From Candidatus Cloacimonadales bacterium (GTDB taxonomy: Bacteria; Cloacimonadota; Cloacimonadia; Cloacimonadales; JAFGVF01), in NCBI GenBank assembly GCA_963677495.2, contig CAXXOU010000004.1:1344001-1408000 (forward strand): 64,000 nucleotides of DNA, in the 5' to 3' direction. A program made the position numbers and the translations under genes. The notes beneath the pieces are model-generated. The model saw nothing but the letters and a program-made list of their open reading frames with translations, was not told the DNA's origin and did not search any database. Shown piece after piece: positions 1 through 8,992 of this stretch (position 1 is the first letter of the stretch; the number at the start of each line of letters is the position of its first letter).

Positions 1-2596
1 TGATGTCATCCCATATCGTTGGGTTTGGGCTTTTGATTGCGAATTTGGTATGTCAGATATAGAGAATGAGATTCCTTCTGATATGTATTTTGCATGTCTG
101 GATAATAGCTGGGATTCTAATGGTAATGGCATATATGGTGAAGATGCTGATAATCCGGATTGGTATCCTGAACTGTTTGTGAGCAGAATTAGTTTTGATG
201 ATGCAAGTGAAGTACAAGGTTATATTGATAGATTAATCAGCTATGAAAAGGGATTAGAATATCCTGAGCGTGGATACAACTACTCAATCGGACTAAGCAC
301 AAACCTTTGGGATGATTCAAATAGCGTCATAGCACAAGAATATATTGTTAATCATTACTATCCCCCATATTACAATAGTACTATCTATAATGAGGAGGAG
401 AATACTATCAATAACTTCTCCAACGAGATAATGCAAAAGCCAAACATAATTCAGCATACCGGACACGCATTCCATTATGTTATGTCACTTTTTGATGAAT
501 ACCTAACAGTTGGATTCGCAGAAGCATTAAATTTACAAGCGACTACCGGTTCAATGTATTCGATTGGCTGTTGGTCAGGCGCAATAGATTTTGATTCAGT
601 TGCTGAATCATTTAGTTTGAATGCTCCCGTACTTGGGTTTCTTTGTAATTCACGCTATGGTTGGGGAGCTCCGGCTGCTGATGGTTTTGGTTTCTCAGAA
701 TATTTCCAAAAGGAGTTCTTTAGGCAGTATTTTGAAAATCCTACATACACTTTAGCTGAGCTCAATGCAGTACAAAAACTCCCTTTCACACCCTATCTGG
801 GTGGTGATTCAGTTTATAAGTGGGTTGCTTATCAAATGAATGCACTTGGAGATGCTACATATAGACCAATGCGTAACAATCCAAAGCCATTAGAACTCGA
901 AATTGTTAACGCAGGTGCAGAGGATGTATATTATGTTTCAGTGACTAGTTATGATAATAGTGTGGATAATGTCTTAATTACAGGTTCGAATGGCTATCAA
1001 CAATTTACTAATAGTACTGGGAGCTTAGAAGTTCATGATGCTGATTTACCATTAGTAGCTTATAAATATGGTTATATTTTCGCTGAAAGTTATCTCAATG
1101 AGCATGAATCAGGACTCAGTATTCTAGCTACAGAAGTAGATTGTCTGGATAATCCAAATATTTTTGTCCAGAACTCAAACTATGCAATTGACTTTGTTCT
1201 TCACTCAGAGTTCGCAGAAGCTAAAACATACGGAGTTGAATATGTACCTGATAACCCTGAATTCTTTGGTTTGACAGAGCAATTCGTAAGTGGTGTTATT
1301 CAACCGCAAGAGACGCTTGATATCGATGGATATGGATTCATCTTAGAGCCTGTCCCAGATGCTCCACAACTTGCAAATGGAGTTAGTTTAGGAATGACAA
1401 TCAATGTCTTTGATATATATGATAACACAATACTTGCAAGCAGAAACATACTATTACCTATAAAAGCCCCAAAACCTGTATTACGGTCAATGCTTACTGA
1501 ATCCTTACCTCTCACTTACAATGAAGAATTGACAATGTTTGTAGATTTATTTAATGAAGGTTCTCAAGATATGGAAGTCCCAATTGAAATCGAGCTTTAT
1601 TCAGAGTTGATGAATGAACCTGTTTCGATTACGATAAATAACAACTTAGAGTCATTACATAGTTTAACAACTGAAATCCCTTTTGAAATACTCGGTTCTT
1701 GGAATCAATCTACAGAGTTTTCATTGTCTATTGATTACCAGTTCAATGGGCAGACTATGAGTAGTAGCTATAGAAGTATTTTACCAATACTCTCTGCATC
1801 GGCGAATCCACCTATGTGGTCATGTGATTATGAAGATCCATTTATTTACACTCTCCCCTATCCATGGCAACGTCAGGAGATTGAAAATAATCAAGTTCTC
1901 ACATGTAGACCGGAATATTTAGGTGAATATACATATACCCTTCCACAAATGCTTTGGAACGATGGAATTGTTATGAATTTCGATTATGCTTACAGAATGC
2001 CTATGTATGGAGCTGATGGTATTTCAATCAATGTTAGCAGTGGTATTCACAGTGAAGAGATTTTGTTTATTGGTTCCGGAGGAGCGCTAACTCGAGAAAA
2101 TGGTTATATCTTTTCTGATTGGGCTGAATATAATCTACATTTGAGTGAACTGATTTCATATACAATTACTGAAAATGCTCCTTTCACTATTAGTTTGACC
2201 TTCAGTGCTGCTGATGGTGAGCTTCAACCTGACTACGAGAATGACAGCAATGTTGGTGTCTTTGTTGACAACTTACACTTTACAATACTACCGGCTACTA
2301 ATTCAGAAGATAACCTCATGCTTAACAAAGTATTAATGGTGGACACATACCCAAATCCTGTTCAAGATATCGTAACATTCAAATTGAATAGAAATGATAA
2401 ATCAGACTTAATTGTAGAAATTTTTAACATCAAAGGCCAGAAAATCTTTAAAAAGTTACTGGACAAAGAAACGAACAAATCAGAAATCCGTATAAATATA
2501 GATGATTTTACTGATAATCTTAGCTCAGGTATCCATTTCTACAAAGTAAGATCAGGTTCTGAGATTGTAACTGGTAAATATCTGTTTATGAAGTAA
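1..2596 (+). CDS. Gingipain-family (peptidase C25) cysteine protease with C-terminal T9SS-type sorting domain; 5' end lies outside the window
   Basis: Frame open from position 2 (DVIPYRWVWAFD...); SDMYFACLD..WD..G.G.YGE, ELFVSRI, His/Cys motifs QHTGHA and SIGCWSG; CTD YPNPVQ...IFNIKGQ...SGIHFY. Confidence 0.85.
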   Translation, partial: DVIPYRWVWAFDCEFGMSDIENEIPSDMYFACLDNSWDSNGNGIYGEDADNPDWYPELFVSRISFDDASEVQGYIDRLISYEKGLEYPERGYNYSIGLSTNLWDDSNSVIAQEYIVNHYYPPYYNSTIYNEEENTINNFSNEIMQKPNIIQHTGHAFHYVMSLFDEYLTVGFAEALNLQATTGSMYSIGCWSGAIDFDSVAESFSLNAPVLGFLCNSRYGWGAPAADGFGFSEYFQKEFFRQYFENPTYTLAELNAVQKLPFTPYLGGDSVYKWVAYQMNALGDATYRPMRNNPKPLELEIVNAGAEDVYYVSVTSYDNSVDNVLITGSNGYQQFTNSTGSLEVHDADLPLVAYKYGYIFAESYLNEHESGLSILATEVDCLDNPNIFVQNSNYAIDFVLHSEFAEAKTYGVEYVPDNPEFFGLTEQFVSGVIQPQETLDIDGYGFILEPVPDAPQLANGVSLGMTINVFDIYDNTILASRNILLPIKAPKPVLRSMLTESLPLTYNEELTMFVDLFNEGSQDMEVPIEIELYSELMNEPVSITINNNLESLHSLTTEIPFEILGSWNQSTEFSLSIDYQFNGQTMSSSYRSILPILSASANPPMWSCDYEDPFIYTLPYPWQRQEIENNQVLTCRPEYLGEYTYTLPQMLWNDGIVMNFDYAYRMPMYGADGISINVSSGIHSEEILFIGSGGALTRENGYIFSDWAEYNLHLSELISYTITENAPFTISLTFSAADGELQPDYENDSNVGVFVDNLHFTILPATNSEDNLMLNKVLMVDTYPNPVQDIVTFKLNRNDKSDLIVEIFNIKGQKIFKKLLDKETNKSEIRINIDDFTDNLSSGIHFYKVRSGSEIVTGKYLFMK

Positions 2597-2723
2597 GATG
2601 AGTAGTAAATAATCAGTGAAAGAGGTTGTTTACTCAATGAAACTAATATAGGAATGCTTCTTGCATTGAGTTGAAGTGAAATTTTAAATTAATATTGCGA
2701 TTAAAAACAATAAGGAGGATATA

Positions 2724-5700
2724 GTGAAAACTAAATTAAGCTTAGTTATACTATTATTCATATCGCTTACAGGTTTATTTGCACAAGTTGATACAGCTTG
2801 GGAAGTAGATACTCCTATTAGACAAGGTGTCAACATCGAGTGGTTCAGATCAGCCACTGCAACCGATGATGGTGCTCTTTATGTATGGTCAGACACCAGA
2901 GATGGTGGTAGAGATTTAAGATGTCAGTTTGTTTCTTCAGATCCAAACGCAACAATCGGAACACCTATTACTGTTGATAATAAGCCTAACAGACAGGAAG
3001 ATCCTGTTGTTGTTAAAGCAACAGATGGTAATTACATCATTGCTTGGGTTGATTTTTCAGCTGATCCTAACGGTGACGTATATGCTCAAAAAATTGATAC
3101 AAACGGAAACTTATTATGGCAAGATGGCGGAGTTCCATTATGTTCAAACAATGAAAACCAGATTTCATTGAACTTAGTACCAGACGATAACGGTGGTGCT
3201 TTCTGTCTTTGGGTAGACAGTAGAAACTTTAACAAAGACCTTTATGCACAGCATGTTCTTAGTGATGGTTCAATCCATGCTAACTGGGATGCTGATGGTA
3301 ATCCTATTGCAAATACTGCTAACAATGAGACTTCAAACTCAATGTGGGAAGATGGTCTTGGTGGCTTTGTTATAGCTTATAACGTTTCTAATCCAGCTCC
3401 TGCCGGTAAAGATATCTATATGAAGAGAATCCTTGGTGACGGAACTTCTGATTGGGGTGATGCAGTAGCATTATGTACTGAAAATGGTGACCAAACAGGT
3501 ATTAAAGTTCGCCCTATGGGTAATGACTCGATGCTTATTTTTTGGTCTGACAAAAGAAACATCGACCCGGATATTTATGCACAAAGAGTTATGTTCGATG
3601 GTACACTTTGGGCTAACGAACTTTTAATCTATGGTGATGCTACTAATGAAACATTCGCTCAGCAGTTTAACCCACGTGGTACAGCAACATCTGACGGTGC
3701 TGTTATTGTTGTTTGGGAAGATTTGAGAAACCAACCGGATTATCCTGACCTTTATGCTCAAAAGATTGATGCAAACGGTAATTTACTTTGGGACGCAAAT
3801 GCTGTAGCAGTTTCTATTGAAGAATATGCTCAGCAAGATCCGCGTATCACTGCTGATAATAACGGTGGTGCTATCATTGTTTGGGATGATACTAGAGATG
3901 GTAACGCTCCAAACTTCGATACTTACGCACAAAGATTAGATGCTAACGGTAACGTACTTCTTGATGCAAATGGTCTTATCATTTGCGATGAACCCGGTGA
4001 GCAGCTTGGTTCAATCATCAAATTCTCAAATGACAATGCTTACATTAACTGGCTCGACGCTCGTAACGGCTCACATGGTATCTATTATCAAGTTCTCGAT
4101 AACACTAACCAGTTAGTTATGGAAGATGGTGGTAAAGAAGTATTTTGGGGCCTCTCAGGTGATGCTCTTAAAGACCAGTTTATAATTGTTGAAAGAGAAA
4201 ACGATATTGTAGCTATCTGGGCTGACACTAGATATGCTAGCTTCGGATATCAGATTTTCTACCAAATCATTAATAGTGATGGTATCCTTGCCACAGAAAC
4301 TGCTGACTTAAACGGTTTCTCATTAACTGAACTTACTTACGGTTCTCAATCTCAGCCTTCTGCTACTGTTACTCCTGACGGACAAGTTTGTGTTGTTTGG
4401 GAAGAACAAAGAACTGCTTATCCTAAAGTTTATGCTCAGCTCATCGATGTTGATGGTAGCAGACTTTGGGGAGATACCGGTATTGAATTGACTGTTAGAA
4501 CTCCTCTCAGTCAGTCAAATCCTAAAGTAGATTTCCATAATGGTGCTTTCTATTTTGCATGGTCAGATCTTGACCCAACTTCACAGATTAACCAGGTTTA
4601 TGCTCAGAAAGTTGTCGATGGTAATATGCAATGGGGCGATGATGGTCTCTTAGTCTCTGTAACACCTGACGGTGAAGACGAAAGAGAAAGTCAGCTTGAA
4701 GAGATGAAAGGTCTTTATTTTGTTTGGACTAAATCACTTCCTACTTGGAATGTTGGACTTAACGTTAAAAGACTTAACGAAGACGGTACTACTGCAACAG
4801 GTTTCGCTGATGAAGGTATTACTATCTCTGATTTTGACGTTTCAGCTAGTTATACAAACCAGACTGCACCTACTGCACAACTTGTTAATGATGACTTATT
4901 GGTTTTCTGGCAAGACTTCAGACACAATTGGGTATCTTTCTACTATGGCATGATGATTGGTGCTGATGGTACTTACACATGGAATAACGACGGAGTTATC
5001 CTTGGTGATAATACTTCTGATACATCTCGTTCACAAGAACAACTTGACTTCGCTGTATCTGATGATGCAATTGTAGCAGCATGGACTGAGAATACTGTTG
5101 GTGTTGGTGACATCTATATGCAACAACTGGACTTTACAGGTGACCTTGCTTGGGCTACTACAGGTTTAGCTTCAATCGTTAAAGACTCAACACAGACTTC
5201 AGCCAGTGTTACTATGTTTGGAAACGAGTACTTCGGTGTTGTATGGGAAGATAATGTTACTTTCGAGTCTGACATCTTCTTCAATCTCTACGACCTGAAT
5301 GGAAACTCAATTATCACAGAAGGTGCTGATGGTTTCATGGTTTCAGATGCAATCAAACGCCAGTATACACCAAAAGTTGGTAATATTCATAATAATGAAG
5401 CTATCACAATCTGGTCAGATGGTCGTTCATCAGGTAAAACTGAGATTGTTGGTCTTTATGCTCAGAAACTTAATTTACCTTCTGTAGGTAACGATGATCA
5501 TACTGCTCCAACTGTAAATACTCTCAAAGTAGCTCAGAACTACCCTAACCCATTCAATCCTACAACTAATATTTCTTTCAATATCCCTAAGGATAGTGAT
5601 GTAGAAGTATCAGTTTATAACGTGTTAGGTCAGAAAGTGAAAACACTTGCAAAAGATAGATTCTCTGCTGGTACTAATACTATTACTTGGAATGGTGATG

Positions 5701-5795
5701 ATGATAATGAGAATGGTGTTGCTTCAGGTATCTATTTCTATAGAGTAGAGACTAAAGACAGTACAGTTACAAAGAAAATGGTAATGATGAAATAA
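2724..5795 (+). CDS. Secreted repeat protein (probable beta-propellers) with T9SS-type/FlgD-Ig C-terminal domain
   Basis: GTG start after SD AAGGAGG; signal peptide; many IVVWED.R...DIYAQKID.NG.LLW repeats; CTD QNYPNPFNPTT...YNVLGQKV...SGIYFY. Confidence 0.85.
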   Translation: MKTKLSLVILLFISLTGLFAQVDTAWEVDTPIRQGVNIEWFRSATATDDGALYVWSDTRDGGRDLRCQFVSSDPNATIGTPITVDNKPNRQEDPVVVKATDGNYIIAWVDFSADPNGDVYAQKIDTNGNLLWQDGGVPLCSNNENQISLNLVPDDNGGAFCLWVDSRNFNKDLYAQHVLSDGSIHANWDADGNPIANTANNETSNSMWEDGLGGFVIAYNVSNPAPAGKDIYMKRILGDGTSDWGDAVALCTENGDQTGIKVRPMGNDSMLIFWSDKRNIDPDIYAQRVMFDGTLWANELLIYGDATNETFAQQFNPRGTATSDGAVIVVWEDLRNQPDYPDLYAQKIDANGNLLWDANAVAVSIEEYAQQDPRITADNNGGAIIVWDDTRDGNAPNFDTYAQRLDANGNVLLDANGLIICDEPGEQLGSIIKFSNDNAYINWLDARNGSHGIYYQVLDNTNQLVMEDGGKEVFWGLSGDALKDQFIIVERENDIVAIWADTRYASFGYQIFYQIINSDGILATETADLNGFSLTELTYGSQSQPSATVTPDGQVCVVWEEQRTAYPKVYAQLIDVDGSRLWGDTGIELTVRTPLSQSNPKVDFHNGAFYFAWSDLDPTSQINQVYAQKVVDGNMQWGDDGLLVSVTPDGEDERESQLEEMKGLYFVWTKSLPTWNVGLNVKRLNEDGTTATGFADEGITISDFDVSASYTNQTAPTAQLVNDDLLVFWQDFRHNWVSFYYGMMIGADGTYTWNNDGVILGDNTSDTSRSQEQLDFAVSDDAIVAAWTENTVGVGDIYMQQLDFTGDLAWATTGLASIVKDSTQTSASVTMFGNEYFGVVWEDNVTFESDIFFNLYDLNGNSIITEGADGFMVSDAIKRQYTPKVGNIHNNEAITIWSDGRSSGKTEIVGLYAQKLNLPSVGNDDHTAPTVNTLKVAQNYPNPFNPTTNISFNIPKDSDVEVSVYNVLGQKVKTLAKDRFSAGTNTITWNGDDDNENGVASGIYFYRVETKDSTVTKKMVMMK

Positions 5796-5813
5796 TTCAT
5801 TTCATATATATTT

Positions 5814-5844
5814 AGGGGAAGTGTTTATACGCTTCCCCTTTTTT
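5814..5844 (+). terminator. Intrinsic terminator
   Basis: AGGGGAAGTG/CGCTTCCCCT stem followed by T run, just after the stop codon. Confidence 0.85.
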
Positions 5845-5894
5845 ATACACATTCTAACTTCCTCTTTATTCCCCCTCATGCCTCTGCATTAATT

Positions 5895-5989
5895 CTTGGA
5901 AGTCTCTTGGGTAACCCTTGGTAAACACTTGGCTAATCCTTGGCCTAATTACCAAGAATTACCCAACATATCCCCAAGTTATAACCAAT
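5895..5989. repeat. 11-bp-periodic inverted array (CTTGG x5, then CCAA(G) x4)
   Basis: CTTGG at 5895, 5906, 5917, 5928, 5939; CCAAN at 5952, 5963, 5974, 5985. Confidence 0.9.
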
Positions 5990-6157
5990 CTGGGATCACT
6001 AATTATTGCTGGAATAAGAAAGAGCAGAGAGAGCCTGAAAAAAGGTTTAAGCATGTGTGAATACTCTACTGTGCATTCAATTACATCTTGAGCCAAGATA
6101 TTCCTTGCATACTTAAATGAATCAAATATATCTGCTAAAAAAGCAAACGGAGTTATT

Positions 6158-7156
6158 ATGAAGAATCTTTATCTACTATTAATCATTACTTTACTATTAT
6201 TAGTCGGTTGTAAAGACCCACAGTTTTCTGATATACAAAAAGTGGATGCTTATGCTCATGAGATCAAGTTGCCACCCCCGTTTTCCAGTCAATTTGCAGA
6301 ATACTCTACAATGTGTTCATTTGGAGATAATTTGATGATAATTCCACAGTATCCTCATCTGCTTGGTGAAGATGGAATTCCCGGAAGAGCATTAGTAATA
6401 AGTAAAAATCTTATTTCAAAGTATGTTGCTGATAAATCAGAGATTCCAATTAATGTAGATGTATATGACTTTATGGGAATTAAAATACTTGAAGAGATAG
6501 AGTTTTATGAAGGTTTTGAAGCTGTTGCAACTGATGGCAAAAATTTCTATTTCGCAATCGAAACAGGTGGAGAACAACCAAGTACATATGCGATTAAAGC
6601 AACTCTTGTTGATGGAGCTAAGAAGCTTGAATTTGAGAAAGATTCATTAACAAAGCTAGAAACCCCAATCACATTGAACAATGCTAGTTATGAATCTTTA
6701 GTTCTTTATAAAAACAGACTTTTTTTTGGATATGAAGGTAATGGTGCAAACATTAATCCTAATCCTTATATGTTATCCACAGATTTAAACTTCAAAAATC
6801 ATAAAAAAGTTAATATGCAGAACTTAGAGTACAGATTAACAGATTTCACATCAGTAAATAGCAAGGGTGAGATATATGCAATCAATTACCATTGGGTTGG
6901 TGATACAAAGAAATATAAACCAATTGATGACCAGATAACCGGTACAGATTACAGTCAAATTGGTTTAGAAAGGTTCATCCCTATGAAGTTTAAATCAGGT
7001 AGATTAGTTCCGGATCCCAAGAGACCATATCTTAGTATTCCATATAAAGGGCGTAACTGGGAAGGAGTTGAATACTTAGATGACGGCATAATTGCTGTAA
7101 CAGATAAACATCCTAATTCTATCCTAATGTATTTTTATGAAGAAAGTGACATGTAG
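6158..7156 (+). CDS. Hypothetical lipoprotein, possibly a beta-propeller
   Basis: Lipobox LLLVGC; SD GGAG; repeated E(G/A/S)(V/L) strand motifs. Confidence 0.65.
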   Translation: MKNLYLLLIITLLLLVGCKDPQFSDIQKVDAYAHEIKLPPPFSSQFAEYSTMCSFGDNLMIIPQYPHLLGEDGIPGRALVISKNLISKYVADKSEIPINVDVYDFMGIKILEEIEFYEGFEAVATDGKNFYFAIETGGEQPSTYAIKATLVDGAKKLEFEKDSLTKLETPITLNNASYESLVLYKNRLFFGYEGNGANINPNPYMLSTDLNFKNHKKVNMQNLEYRLTDFTSVNSKGEIYAINYHWVGDTKKYKPIDDQITGTDYSQIGLERFIPMKFKSGRLVPDPKRPYLSIPYKGRNWEGVEYLDDGIIAVTDKHPNSILMYFYEESDM

Positions 7157-7244
7157 GTCATTTAATAGTGGTAAATAATTATTTTCTGGACAAATAAGCG
7201 GTCGAAAAAACTATGGTGGCAAAACGAATACACAGGAGTATTTA

Positions 7245-8729
7245 ATGACTGACGTAAAAGCAACAGATCAAGTTAAAACTAACACTGCTGATGATTATCA
7301 GAAGATGTTAGAGAAGTCCTTCACTCAGCCTACAAAACAGAGAAAAGGTGATGTAGTAGAAGGGGAAATCATTAACATTAATGAGAATGATATCTTTGTA
7401 AACTTAGGTGGAAAAGTAGATGGCATCGCTGCTAGAGCTGATTTCGCTGATAAAGATGGAAATCTCGAACTTAAAATCGGTGACAAACTTTCCGGTTTTA
7501 TCGTAGAAATCAAAGATTCATGCATCTCTATCGCACGTTCTCTCTCTAAAACAAATGTAGATAGATCTGCTCTTAAAGATGCTTTTATAAACAAGCTTCC
7601 TGTTAACGGTAAAGTTACTGCGAAGGTGAAAGGTGGATATAGTGTTGACTTACTTGGAGTAAGAGCATTCTGTCCTGTTTCACAAATCGATGTACGTCCT
7701 TCTGATAACGCTGAACTCTATGTTGGTAAGACTTTTGATTTCAGAGTAATCGAATTTGAAGAAAGAGGAAGAAATATTATTGCTTCCAGAAAAGCTATCC
7801 TCGATGAAGAACAAGCAGCTATGAAAGCTAAATTGCTTGAAAACCTTAATGAAGGTGACGTAATCGAAGGTACAGTTAGACGTTTCACAAACTTCGGTGC
7901 ATTTGTAGATTTAGGTGGATATGAAGGACTTCTTCATGTATCTGAAATCTCTTGGGCACACGTTGCAAAACCTGAAGATGTACTCGAAGCTAACCAGAAA
8001 ATCGAAGTTAAGATTATTGGTCTTCAGAAAGATAAAATCTCTTTATCACTCAAACAGCTTCAAGCTAACCCATTCGAACAAGCACTTTCTGAGCTTAACG
8101 AAGGTGATGACAAAGAAGTTAAAGTTCTTCGCTTACACCCATTTGGTGCATTTGTTGAGATTATGCCTGGTGTTGAAGGTCTTATCCCTGTTTCAGAGAT
8201 GGCTCGCGGCAGAATCATCAAACATCCAAAAGATGTTCTTACTTCAGGTGATATTGTAGAAGCAAGAATTCTTCGCATCGATCCTAACAACCAAAAGATT
8301 TCTCTTTCAATGAAAGCTTTACAACCAGACCCATGGGCTAATGTAGCTGAAGCTATCAAAGAAGGCGACGTTATCGAAGGTATCGTTGAAACAAATACAA
8401 AACATGGTGTTTTTGTAACTATTCGTGAAGGCCTCACAGGTCTCTTACCTATCTCAAGAATCAAAGAAGGTGAGCAGTTCAATACTGGTGACAAAATCGA
8501 GTTAAGAATTACAAGAATCAATGTTGAAGACAAGAGAATCTCATTGAACTATGTTGATGCTCCGGATGAGCCAGAAAAGCCACGTTTCAGAAGAAACAAT
8601 CAGGACAGAGACAATAACAACAGAGATTTCAGACGTCCTCGTAATAACAGAAGAGGCGATCAGTCTTGGCGTAAATTCGCTACCGATAATGCTGATGTAC
8701 CTGAAGATAATCCATTTGCTGATTTATAA
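7245..8729 (+). CDS. rpsA: Ribosomal protein S1-like protein with five S1 domains
   Basis: Five S1 repeats (e.g. FGAFVDLGGYEGLLHVSEISW); SD AGGAG; could be an rpsA paralog. Confidence 0.75.
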   Translation: MTDVKATDQVKTNTADDYQKMLEKSFTQPTKQRKGDVVEGEIININENDIFVNLGGKVDGIAARADFADKDGNLELKIGDKLSGFIVEIKDSCISIARSLSKTNVDRSALKDAFINKLPVNGKVTAKVKGGYSVDLLGVRAFCPVSQIDVRPSDNAELYVGKTFDFRVIEFEERGRNIIASRKAILDEEQAAMKAKLLENLNEGDVIEGTVRRFTNFGAFVDLGGYEGLLHVSEISWAHVAKPEDVLEANQKIEVKIIGLQKDKISLSLKQLQANPFEQALSELNEGDDKEVKVLRLHPFGAFVEIMPGVEGLIPVSEMARGRIIKHPKDVLTSGDIVEARILRIDPNNQKISLSMKALQPDPWANVAEAIKEGDVIEGIVETNTKHGVFVTIREGLTGLLPISRIKEGEQFNTGDKIELRITRINVEDKRISLNYVDAPDEPEKPRFRRNNQDRDNNNRDFRRPRNNRRGDQSWRKFATDNADVPEDNPFADL

Positions 8730-8747
8730 ACAATCACTATAGATATT

Positions 8748-8776
8748 AAAAGGGTAGCTTTTTGCTACCCTTTTTT
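8748..8776 (+). terminator. Intrinsic terminator
   Basis: AAAAGGGTAGC/GCTACCCTTTT hairpin plus T run. Confidence 0.85.
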
Positions 8777-8992
8777 GTTTTGACAAACTTTCATTATCTA
8801 TCCTGCCTTTGTGGTTTCTTGTTTTATTCTGACGGGACTCTGCTTAAAGTCTGAAATCCACACTTACTTTGCTCCTGCTCCTCCCCCGGGTCTCATTGTA
8901 AAACCCTGTAACTGAAATAACTCAGAAATGGTTTGACATTGGTTATATGAGGAGTAATGCTTGGTAAGATATAAAAAAGGAGTTGTTTATCT

